Below are positions 39,106 through 51,012 of a DNA stretch of 64,000 nucleotides, one piece after another. The notes beneath the pieces were generated by a model that saw nothing but the letters and a program-made list of their open reading frames with translations, made no database searches and was not told the DNA's origin. Both the position numbers and the translations under genes were made by a program. How positions within the stretch are numbered: position 1 is the stretch's first letter; each line of letters begins with the position of its first letter. The DNA is from Antedon mediterranea. Taxonomy: Eukaryota; Animalia; Echinodermata. The stretch is from NCBI RefSeq assembly GCF_964355755.1, contig NC_092680.1:16501045-16565044 (forward strand), read 5' to 3'.

Positions 39106-42100
39106 ATGATACGAAGGTACGTTGCTGTCTTGATTGTTCTGATCTGCTGTTTCTACATATGCCTACCATTGTCTGCAGCGCAGCAAACATGTTGTGACAA
39201 ATTAGAAGGTGAATACATAGTTAAATTATCTTTGTGACATTTTATATACATGCGTTCGTTATCTTTTGACGTGTTATGGGTGACATAAAAGTGCACGTTG
39301 ATGCGTTATTGTTAAATAAATACCGATAGTTTATTATCAATAATCAATTTCACAAATAAAAACAAAAGTGTACCAAAAAATTTCCATTGTAGTCGTACAA
39401 CATTGTAATAATAATAAATATTAAATGTACTGAATAGTGTAATGAAATATATTTAACAAACGTTTTTGTTAAACATACTATTTTAAGTTACTATCTAAAT
39501 ATTTAAGTATCCATATCATGTTCCAATAATATGCATAATCATGCATTGTTAGTATGCACTAGAATGGATTTAAGCTTATCCGGATCGGTAAGTGCTCGAG
39601 GTAATTCTTATACCTCCGTGTCGTTACCTCCGATAACATTACAAAATAGGCCTACCTCTGGTATAACCGACAGGTTTCACCGTTTCAGAGATACATCCGG
39701 CCTAAGAAAGATTACAAAATGACTTAGCGCTTCAGATAATTAAATCATACTGAGTACATAATCCGTAACATAAGTAAATCAAGAAGTAAAGTTGTAACAG
39801 ATTTAAAGATGTATTGTCCCTAAAAACATGAACAAATTAAGATTAATACATCAGACTTGAATATGTTATTTTGTAGGTTTAATAAAGTTAATAGAAAAAT
39901 AAATAATGTTTCACTTATAAAACGACAAAATAAATGGTTAAATTCAACCAAAAACCCATTGACTGGCCGCGCAGCCAATTTGACCATTTGTTGGTTTAAA
40001 TTACAGTTTTTTCAGGTAAATACATTTTTTTTTTTCTATCCAATTTTTGGTCAAAGTGGATAACTAATATGTTGCATTTAAAATGGCATATTCAACAAGA
40101 ATTATTTTTTCAGGGGAACAATACATCTTTTTTTTTTGTATTAAAATTGTACAAGATACTGTAATCATTATTTTTACTACAGATTATGACGACATAGGCT
40201 ATCGTATTTACATAAACGTGCATGCGGTTAAACTGAACGATTCGTTTTGGGACTTACGAGCCAATATATCCTGGAAAGCCGTAGATGGTTAGTCGCAATG
40301 ATTTATTCATTAAATTATATTGTGTAAAACTTACCGAATGCAGTGATCTCCAACAATGTATATAGGCCTACCAGAAACAGATAAAGACCACTAGTGTCAT
40401 GCTCATGTACCTCATCGTAATTGGAGACAGTTAGTGTTTTTTAGCTGAACATCTTTCTAAGAGTAAATTCTGTTTGATAAGAAGAAGGATATTTTCTTCA
40501 AATCTTACATCACTCCATGTGTTTTCCCTTATGTGTATGTACTGTATCAGAGAATGTTATTAACTTGTTTTCATTACACTAAAACATGCATAGTAATTAC
40601 TTTATGTTACCAATATCAACTAATATTCAATCGGCAAGATGTAGGCCTATGGTTAAAAGTAATGTTGATTATAAAATCAATTTGTTATTATAAATGAATT
40701 AGTGTACCATAATAAATATCCTATTATCAAACAGGTTATGATAGATATGAATATGAGTTTGAGCCTTACAGTGCGTCGACGGGTAACAACTCAGATTGTA
40801 ATTCATCTTCGTGCACATTACAAGGAAATACTACCGTAAGTTGTTTATTTTTCTCATAATGTAATATATTCCTTGTAGTTTTTTATAATTATGCTTGTGT
40901 ACCAGAGTCTGTCTCATTATTTTATAATTTACATTTGATTTGTGTGTACGTTTTATCAACGCAAAATAAATGTTATAATCATTCTTTATAACAAATGGCA
41001 TCATGCATAAGAGCTGTCGTAGACTGAAAGACGTGTATCGGAAGCTGAATATTGGAGTGATATAAAAAAAATGCATTCATATACACATTTATTCAGTTAT
41101 TTGACAACAACTGTTCCTCGCAATAGAAGCAGTTTTCACGGCTCAACAGGGCCCTTACAAATATGCAGCAATACATAAAAAGAAATACTGTATAAAACAA
41201 TAAACAATAAAAAAAGTATAAAAAAAACGAAAAAGATAAAATATTAAGCATAACAAAAGTAAGCTAATAGCAAACGTTTTACAGATTTTTTTGAAAGTAA
41301 TTAAAGATACAGAAACTTTTATTTTAATAGGGAGATAGTTCCAATGTTTAGGTCTAGCTATTGAAATAAGCTGTTCCCTATCTATGTCTTAATCGTTTAA
41401 TGATAAAAGCTATGATATATTTTTCTGGATGCTAACTGTGTGCCTATTTTTCATAGGGGCCTACACATTATGTAAACTGGGAAATCCACATCAATTTGAT
41501 TTTCAATTTTATATTCTCCCCAGGATGAAAACGAGATAGCTGTTTACGGATTACAGTTTGGTTCCTTATACAGATTTAAGGTAATTTCCTTCTGCAGTTT
41601 TAATTCAACTTGTAGCATATAGTTCGTTATTATAGTTCTCAGACTTGCTGTATAGTTGTATTTTATGGTAATCATAGCCCTAGTGGTTATAAATGATTTT
41701 TATTCTCTGTACATAAATGATGCCATATTCATTTTTCAAGTAGGTCCTAATTACGTGTGTATTTATTTCTTTTGTAGGTTTATTTTATAAAACCTGGAGA
41801 AGTACAAAGAGGACCATACGCTACGCGTTCCCGTAATACTCCAGGTAAAGCGTGGTTCCCACTAGCGACGCAACACAAGGACGTAACGCAACGCAAGTGA
41901 ATTGACCAATCACAAGCGATGGCTTATTCGCTTGTGATTGCTAAAGCTTGGTTCCCACTAGGACGTAACGCAAGGACGTAGACGCAACGCAAGTGAATTG
42001 ACCAATAACAAGCGATGGCTTATTCGCTTGTGATTGCTAACTGTCCATAACTTTGCTTGTCATTGGTTAAAACGCTTGCGTTGCGTTTACGTCCTTGCGT

Positions 42101-45100
42101 TACGTTCTAGTGGAAACCAAGCTTTATTGTCTATAACTTCGCTTGCTATTGGTTAAAACGCTTGCGTTGCGTTTACGTCCTTGCGTTACGTTCTAGTGGG
42201 AACCAAGCTTAAGTAATAATTGGACATAAGTCTAAACTATTCACCGATATGCAGATGTCCTAACCATTAGACCATTGGGGCTTTCATTGTATTGTTCAAA
42301 TCCGATTGGATAGTGACTCTTTAAAACACTCGGTTGGTACGGCGTAACAGCACTATAATGATATATTGTCTGTTCATTCATACATTCTCTGATGTTTCCT
42401 GTAAACAATGGCATAACATAAGTAAATGTTACTTGAAATCATAATGAAAATATATTTTAACCAGTTTTTGTAATGTATAATACCATCTCTTTTACATTGT
42501 GTTTACATATTAATTTCAGATTGTATTTACAGGACAGGCAGTGTAGCTTTCTGTCAAGAACAAGGTAGGTAAAATCTACAAATGGGAATAATGAGTTATC
42601 TTAAAGCATATACATTACATATAGCAACTTATACAATCGAAAATGAACACAACACATCTCTTTAAATGTGAAAACAATTTCATCTAGTTTATAATTTATG
42701 AAATATTTCTTGTTAACATTTCTCTGAACGTAGTTTGTAATACAGTCATTTGCAAACAGTTTTTCCCCTTTTTTTTTTATTTACCACACCTATTTTGGTT
42801 TTTAGCCGTACAATATGTAGGACAGCCATTTGAAATTGGAGTTTCCACTACCGGTACGCCGTTGGACGACGACATGGAAGTCCCGAATTATTTTATAAGA
42901 TGGCGTCAACCAGTACACATCAACCCAGAAACACCCCTTAAGTATTATGAATTAATTTATTTTGAAGACGGTTCAGTGGTAAACGAAATAAAGCTGGTAA
43001 GTTTTTTTATCCTATTCTTTGTTTAGGAACTGTTGAAAGCCTTTATTTGTGCTAAAAAAACATCTACGATTATTTTATATTCTTACTAATTGAAACGAGA
43101 TGTGAAAACGAGATTAAGAGCAGGAATAAATGTTACGGTTATGTTAATGAAGAAAATAAAAAAAAGCAATTGAAGAGTCCAGTAGACCTATATCTAAAGT
43201 AATAGACTTAATGGAAAAGTGGAAAGGGATTTTTTTTACTTTATTTTTTTGGATAAAAGATATGTTGATGAGTTTGAGGTTGGTAATTTATCATCAATTA
43301 TGTCCGGATTACCTTATGCAAGAATGTAATCAAGTTCATTGGAGATATAGTCTTAGAACAACCAAGCATTACTTTGTCATCCGTAAAAACTGTTTGCAAT
43401 TCTCCTTTTTTATATAATTGTATTTCTAATTGAAATGTTCTACCGATATTCATAAATAGTGTTACTCTTTTCTACCTGTAAAATAAAACTTAGAAATCAC
43501 TTCAGAAACTCCGTTCCATAATAGTCACAAATAAAAGTCATGCTTGTTCTTCGACCGTGTTTTTCTACTTTTTTTTGTATTCTGATTTTTTATTCAACTG
43601 TAGGAACCCCAATGCACAAACTAATCCTTCTTATAAAAATAATTGGGTTGTCCTGAATCTATTGTTTTTGGTATTTTTTCTCTTGTATTGTACAAAACAG
43701 ATCTGAAATAAAACCAAACAAATAAAATGTTTTTCTCTGGAGAAACCCAAACGTTCGGTTCAAACTTGGTGTAATTTGTTGTATTTCCACTATGTATTGC
43801 TTATTTAAACATTTAAAATTATATTGTTTTTTTTAATTCCTAATCTTCTGCATAGAATATTTCATATGAATCGGGAGGACGCGTTGATACAGAATTCAAC
43901 AATCTGCGTTTTTATACATATTACAAATTAGAGGTAAGTAAAACCGAGTCGATTCCACCCATCATTCCACCCATCATTCTACCCGATTCTTAGTGCTGTA
44001 TCTCCACATACACGTACTAAAATATTTGCTATATATAGTATAACATCTCATTTTTATCACATGTAATGCCTGTAAGTTTAGATTAAAGGTAGGTTATGGT
44101 ACAGTATATGATACTAGGAGGTAGACCTGTGAAACAGTAGACATGTGAAACGTAACACTTCTGATGTTGTATTTCCACTTAATATCCATATGATACAGGA
44201 GAATCGGATGAACACAAAAGGTACTATTGTCTGAAGACAATATGCAGTTATCTACAATTTATAGTCTGTGACTATAACATATTCCCTTCTCTACTATACT
44301 GTGCGAGAATCGGCTGTCGATTCTTGGTTATCTGAAAGAGGACGTACGAAACCTAGGTTACTATACTACATGGTTACTGGTCATTTGATTAAAAAAACTA
44401 TTTGTTTCTAAATTCTCAATAAAAGATATTATTATGTGTGGCTTGTAAGAGGTTATTGGAGTTGGCAACTCAGTAGTGAAACTACATTATGGTTTTATAG
44501 TGTTCAGGCCTGACATAATGTTTGAATCAAACGTGACATGATGATAATTTAGTACGTAATTCGTACTGAAATACTAAAACACTGCGAATGATCAGTAATT
44601 TCTGACCATTGTTGTTTATAATGTAACAGAAAACTATATTTTTTAGATTACTCCTATTGTAATTGGTCAAGATGGATCTAATATTCGGGGGCCAACCGTT
44701 AGTAGGGGATTCGATACAAGTGGTAGGTCTTTCATAATCTTTTATAACACACCAAATTAATTTGTAAGTAGTATCTTATCAGGTGGCACGCGTTATTTTC
44801 ATTGCACGTCCATCTGTTTAGATGCACGATGGAAAGTTTTACCACCACGGCCAAATTTCGAGCAAATCTTTCTTAATGGGCCTATACTGACATATTTGAT
44901 TCAAGCGACGGATTAAATGTTCAATCAGTAAAATATGATTAATGATTATTTGTTAAATTTATATCATAGGACTATTTATAAAAAAAGAAATACACTCTTA
45001 ATTATGTATTAACCATTCACTGATTTGCATTTTGTAGGCCCAACTATTTTCACGAATGAACAGGACCCGGACCCAGTTGCATTAGCTCTTATCATTTCTG

Positions 45101-45177
45101 CTGCCGTAATCTTTGCAGTGGCTTCAATTTTGGTGTTTGCATGGTTAATGTATAAGGAATCTCACAATTCAACTTGA
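39106..45177 (+). CDS. Kinase-less single-pass receptor (~320 aa): signal peptide, two FN3-like ectodomain modules, TM, 8-aa tail; paralogue of the downstream RTK
   Basis: Exons 39106-39208, 40183-40287, 40735-40835, 41524-41580, 41778-41844, 42520-42564, 42806-42996, 43856-43933, 44647-44722, 45038-45177 join in one open frame: MIRRYVAVLIVLICCFYICLPLSAAQQTCCD...ANISW...GYDRY...GLQFGSLY...PDCIYRTGSVAFCQEQAVQYVGQP...[16 protein letters not shown]...VALALIISAAVIFAVASILVFAWLMYKESHNST*. Same exon phases as the RTK exons 1-10. Probable non-coding exon ending at 38843 (AAG|GTAAGA). Confidence 0.85.
41100..41362 (-). mobile_element. L2/Crack-type LINE 3' remnant
   Basis: Minus strand translates to ARPKHWNYLPIKIKVSVSLITFKKICKT, followed by a GTAAGGGCCC...CTGCTTCTA...GAGGA tail also seen at ~25985-26030. 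Confidence 0.55.
41849..42209. mobile_element. Harbinger-type MITE with a second copy of itself nested inside (41945-42123)
   Basis: 361 bp = 179 + 179 + 3; outer copy flanked by TAA/TAA, inner copy inserted at the outer copy's internal GCTAA and followed by TTA; same family as 24903-25081. Confidence 0.92.
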
Positions 45178-46093
45178 TTACAGTTACTAGTAGTGTCAAT
45201 TTGCCCACAAACAAGTTATTTTATTTTACTTTTCCCAGTGTAATATACGGGGTTTAATATACGGGGCGCAGATTAGAACACTAACTATCCTACTACAAAA
45301 TTGGTTTTGTAAAACACATGGTTTCTTTTTTATTATTTAAAGACAAACTATGGGTTTATTTGTTGTAGTATAGAATAGATAATGTCCCAAATTTTCTCGC
45401 AAAGCAATCTTTCATTTCAAGAAGCGACTGCAAGCCAGTTGAAAAATCCAAAGCGATGGGTTTTTCGAACTGTCGCTTGTGATTGGTTAATTCGCTTTAT
45501 ATTAAGGTTCAATCTAGATAGTTTGCAGTAAGTATTTTTATTTTGTATTTTATTATTAAAATGTATATTTGTTAGGTATTTGTTTGTGTTTGTACATATG
45601 TTTATACATATAGGTAGATTATTTCATTCCATTCAATTCAATTCAATTCAAAATTCATAAATATATTTCTATTTCAACAAATGATTCTTACTGAAACTGT
45701 TTGTTGTGTATCATTGTGTCAACAAATGGATGTACCTTATCAACAAAACACAATGTTAAAATGTGAAATTTATAATTAAATAAGTGTCTAGTATATTACG
45801 AATTATTGAATAAATAATATGACAAACTATTTAAATAAAACCAAACTAATAATAGAAATGTAAGTACCATTTTAAAAATAAAAATAAATACATAAATAAA
45901 ATTTAAAATGAAACATGTTACGGGCAGTAGGTACAATACTGTATTCTTGCTCATGTTTCTACCTCATTGCGATACAGTAATAAGAAACGTGTTTTTTTTT
46001 TTGCCTAAATACGACGACGTCATTTCTACCGAATATCCAGTAGATTTGTTAGCTCAAAAATTATATGCACTATAGTGTCTTAAGATACGGTAT

Positions 46094-46195
46094 CTTTAGC
46101 CTATGTAATTGGCGAAGATGGATCTAACATTCAAGGGCGAACTGGTTTAGCGGGAATCAGAACATATTGTAGGCCTGGATTTTACATAATCTTTT
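46094..46195 (+). pseudogene. Degenerate duplicate of exon 9 of the kinase-less receptor
   Basis: CCTATGTAATTGGCGAAGATGGATCTAACATTCAAGGGCGAAC...GTAGG...CATAATCTTTT versus CCTATTGTAATTGGTCAAGATGGATCTAATATTCGGGGGCCAAC...GTAGG...CATAATCTTTT at 44652-44745; carries indels. Confidence 0.65.
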
Positions 46196-47289
46196 TTTAA
46201 ATGTATAAAGCATTGTTATAACGAGTATTCCTGTTATCACATGGCTCATGTGACCTTTTTTTACAATGCTATTAAGGAATGGAATAATTTACCAATTAAC
46301 ATTAAGGAATCACAAACTGTTTGTTGTTTTAAAAGTAAAGTTAAAAAGTATCTACAGGAACGTTCACTAGCTCTAGAAACTATTTAATAAGCGCTTCTTT
46401 TTTCGATTGTCCTTTTTTGCTGTTTTTTGTAATTTTTATATGTTGCATTGTTTGTCTTTTTTGCTGTTCTTTCAAAGGACCTCATTGGAAACAAGTCCGT
46501 AGAGGACTTTTATGAGTTATCCTTGGCATACTTGTTTTATTTTGGTATTTTTATATTTGCCAATTTTAATTGTATCTCTGTGATTTTATGTACTGATGCC
46601 GAAATAAATCAAATCAAATCAAACATGTCATGATAACAGAAACAATACGTTTTCAGTAATACCTTTAGGATTATATCCAGAATATTATTTATTTCCAAGC
46701 AACTACCAAACATAACTTTGTCATACCTATATTTTACAACTTATAATCAAATAATTGATATTCATTATTCACATTTCACACCTGAAAAGTAACCAATACG
46801 TATTTAACTACACAAGTTAATGAGAAAGAAACTTAATTTTGTTTTGGTTGCACACGTATTTGACATGCTATTAACTTAAATGGAAGTTTGAGATATGTGA
46901 CTACAATCCTAAGGTAAACTTTTTGACGGCAGGTCTTCCATTAGGTAGAGTTCTCGCAAGGCGAGCACGGATTTCGTCTTTTATAAGTAGTAAAACAAAT
47001 CACAAGGTACAAGGCACTTAAACTTCTTTAACATTTGGAGGCAAGTTGTTAAACAGGCGTGGAAATCATTTTGCCAAAAACTGAACCAGAGTTATTTAGT
47101 TAGATGTTCGTGAGGTGTGGTGAATCCACGGAAAACCTCTTAATATGGGCACTATCAAAAAGCAATTGAATTACCATTCATGTTGTTTGCCTCTTCCTTG
47201 TTCCTCATCTATTGAGGCGGCAGTGTGTTATCGTAGAAAGCGTTTAAGCTTTTTATAAAATGTATACATACACAATACCCGAATATTTA

Positions 47290-47817
47290 TTAATAATGTC
47301 CGTTTCTTTCTTTTATTCTTTCAATAATATTTAGTATCTCCAAAAGTTTATCATTTTCTCCTGTTGGTTGATTTTTCTTGCTAAACCATTCTTTATTTTG
47401 ATCTTCTTTAAGTTTTATTCTCTCAAAAATATCATTCATATTTCTCGCTCTCTCGTTTGGGCTCTTAACTTCGTTTTTTGCCTCTAACCTTTTCTCTACT
47501 GTGTCTATCTCCAAAAATGTATCATTTTCTCCTGTTGGTTGATTTCTCTTGTCAAACCATTCTTTATTTTGATCTTCTTTAAGTTTTGTTCTCTCAAAAA
47601 TATCATTTATATTTCTCACTCTCTCATTTGGGCTCTTAACTTCGTTTTTTGCCTCTAACCTTTTCTCTACTGTGTCATTCATCCTTGAACGATATGTGAT
47701 CTTTGATTGGTTGGTGTATCCCACAGTTAGTGTTATCTTGAAATGTGGGACGTAAGTTGATAGTATACCACCACACACAAAAGCAAGAAGGATGCACAAA
47801 ATTAAACGATATTTCAT
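47290..47817 (-). CDS. Orphan 175-aa signal-anchor/secreted protein with a 57-aa tandem duplication
   Basis: MKYRLILCILLAFVCGGILSTY hydrophobic N-terminus, acceptor TTCACAG|GAC just before the ATG (exon starts 47820), candidate upstream non-coding exon ending 48489 (CG|GTAAGT), 171-bp direct repeat, AATAAA overlapping the stop. Confidence 0.6.
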   Translation of the reverse strand: MKYRLILCILLAFVCGGILSTYVPHFKITLTVGYTNQSKITYRSRMNDTVEKRLEAKNEVKSPNERVRNINDIFERTKLKEDQNKEWFDKRNQPTGENDTFLEIDTVEKRLEAKNEVKSPNERARNMNDIFERIKLKEDQNKEWFSKKNQPTGENDKLLEILNIIERIKERNGHY

Positions 47818-50800
47818 GTCCTGTGAACACAAATTATATAATGTAGTATAATCTATAAAAATAAGCACCATAAACGTACAGTGTATATACCTAATTTACT
47901 TGATTATTTCGACAGTCATTTTGAAATAAATGTCATCTGTAAATACAATGGGGTTTTTTTTAAGTTATTAGAATGTTTTCAAATTTTTCAAGTGTTAAAT
48001 TTGTTCAAACCGATTATGAAACTAAATATTATCGTATGTTCCTAGAAAACAATATAACATTTGTGAGAAAATAATGAAGATAATAATCTTTCATAACAAA
48101 AGAATTTTCATTATCACACGTGTAAATCTCAGTATACACTATCAAACTAGTTTGTCAAAAAATATGTGATGTGCCCAATTATGGTAGTGATATGCCCAAT
48201 ATGATAGTGATATGATGTTATAGTGTCCAATTATATGGGTGCATCATAATATTATGTTGTCACATGAAGTGTGATAATGGAGAACCCGGCAATAATGAAC
48301 CTCTTCCCTGGGAAAACTTAAGATCTATTTTTCTTATAGTTATTCACCAACGAAGGAGAAGGATGATAAGCATATTAGTTCAGGCCTGCTATAGTGTGTA
48401 CTATCCAGTCAACCACATGAAAATACCAATAATTGCATACAATTGTTACTAGCGATCGAATACAAATATACAATTTGGCTAAACTTACCGTTACGGTTCC
48501 TCCGCCATAAAAGGATAGTATGTTGTATTTACAGTGTTCCTGAGAGGTTCTACTGTTTACGATATAACGAAATCATAATCGCATTGTATACACCATTATT
48601 AATATGACCAGGGCAGAGTGATGCACAATATATGACAATGGTGGCATATTAAAAATCAATCAACTTAACGGATTCAATACAATTGATTCAATTACGATTT
48701 TCTCAACTTCTCAATTGAACGTTGATGATGGAGTGATAATGGTGAAAGTGCAGCTGTGATAGTGTTTAAAAGGTGGATAATGCAGGGAGTTCTATAACTT
48801 ATTTACTTTACTTATTTACAACTCCCTGGATAATGGGAGGCATAATGGCGGAGATGTTGATAATAATGCATGAGAACGATAGACTTATCTGTTGATGATG
48901 ATTGTGTAATGATTTCTTTTTAATTGTTGTTGTCTTTTTTTCTGCTGTTGTGTGGTACTTTATTTAAACCATGCATAGGTTGGCAGTAAAGGTTCTGTTT
49001 CACGAAGAGAGAACATAATGTGTTTCAATTCATTCACCCACCGATGAGAAATTTCCATAGCACTTAATTGTTGGAGTAAATTAATGACATGACGGATAGA
49101 CCTGACGGATAGACCTTTTAACTGAGAAATTATCAGACAAAATTAGCTATTACCCAAAAATCAAATTTTCAGTAGGCCTAAGTGACATAATAAATAGTTC
49201 AAAATCTTCGATTAAAGAATTTATAAATAAAAACTTGAAAAATGTTTTCAAAGTTTAATATGATGTGTGATGTGCCAAGCCTACAGTACTCTATTTCTCT
49301 TTCTAAAATACAAAAATACGTTAGAAAAAAAGTTTAAAAAATGTGTTTTTGCTAGAAGTAGTTCAACGGACTGATGCTAATTTTAATATATTTACACTCA
49401 ATATGAATCTTCATTATTTTTAAATTCGTAGGCATGGAACTCTGACATTTCCAAAGCATAAACATGCTTATAATCGCCACTACATCCTACATATAAACTT
49501 CCGGTTATTATAATATCATTCCAAATCAATGGAAACAATATTTTAGACTATAAGATCCGGTTGTGAAGTGGTGTACTAGATCTATGTAATCCTCTCTAGT
49601 TTAGTGTGGAATTCATTAAGACGTTTTCACTGTATTACACGCATTGACCAGTTAGTAGTGACATATGATTGTTTTATTCATTGTATCTATAACTTATATT
49701 ATTATTCGTTATTAAAAACACTGAACCGACGTCAATAGAGAATTGGAATATAGAGCCAGTACAAGGTAGGTAAGAATAAAATTAACTATTTCTTCATTTG
49801 ATAGTATATTACTGAATATGTAGCCTGATATGGCCTATTTAGTGGACAGTAAGATACAGTAACAGAAACGTGTTTTTTTGCCCACGTATAGCGAACATTC
49901 ATTATATTTGTTAGCGTACAATTATCTGCATATAATTTCTTAAGATACCCGTTTCTTTTTATTTGTAAAGTGGCGTATCTACGATTTTGAAAAGCTTTGA
50001 TAGTCATAATAACATCAGAATAATAGTCAGGTTTTGTAAATATTCTTTGGTAGATGAGTTCTTTCTACACTAATTATAAATCAATAATAAAAATAATCAG
50101 TACAGTAGCGTGGTGTCAAAATAAAATAATAAGCCACGTGCTTTGTAACATCACATGTGAAACACATGAGATGCTGTATTTCGGAATTTGCCTATGAGTT
50201 AAGACATTTTCATTATGTTGGGATACAGCAGAGTCTGGTGTTGTATGAAGACCTACCAAATGAGCTAGTTGTTTTATTTTATTATTATTCGGTTATTTTC
50301 ATTTTTCAATAAACGCTCGGCTAGGCAAATACATTATAACTTCAATATCAGTAATCAGTAATCATTTCCCTGTTATAGTTAATAATGAAATATTGATTAT
50401 AAATTAATTTCATGGAATTATTTGTGGTATGAGTAATGTAAGCTATCATAATCCATATAATCACAACCTAAGACTATAACAACAATTATTCTGACGGAAG
50501 AATAAATAACAAGGTCAAATGTTTTAGACAATATCATATCACAGTGTAGACTTTAATCAAATTTGCAATGAAAACTGTTATATATATAATTATATACTGG
50601 GAGAATACTATGTCGGTTATCGAAAACGCATTAATTAAGCATTTATAAGCCTACTGTTTGAATGGAAATATATTCTAGAACTGTTTGTTAACGTTACTCT
50701 ATTTTCCAGTGAATCAAATAATGTTCAATTCGTTTGTGACGAAAACGCAGATTGGTCGCATCTGTTATTTTGGAAAACCAGGAAAATCAGAAAATCGGTG

Positions 50801-51012
50801 CGGTTAATAAAAACGAAGAAAGATAATTACAATTTTATGTAGCCTAAGTTCGAAGAATAAACTTCGTTAATGTTTATCAGAATGTTTTTAAACGTAAAAT
50901 GTTGTTAAATTTAAAATAAAAAGATTATTTAGTTTTGTGATTTATCTATGAAATCTATGTGTATATATTTTAGTGGCACCTCTGGCACAAAACTGTTCCT
51001 TTGATTTTCAGA

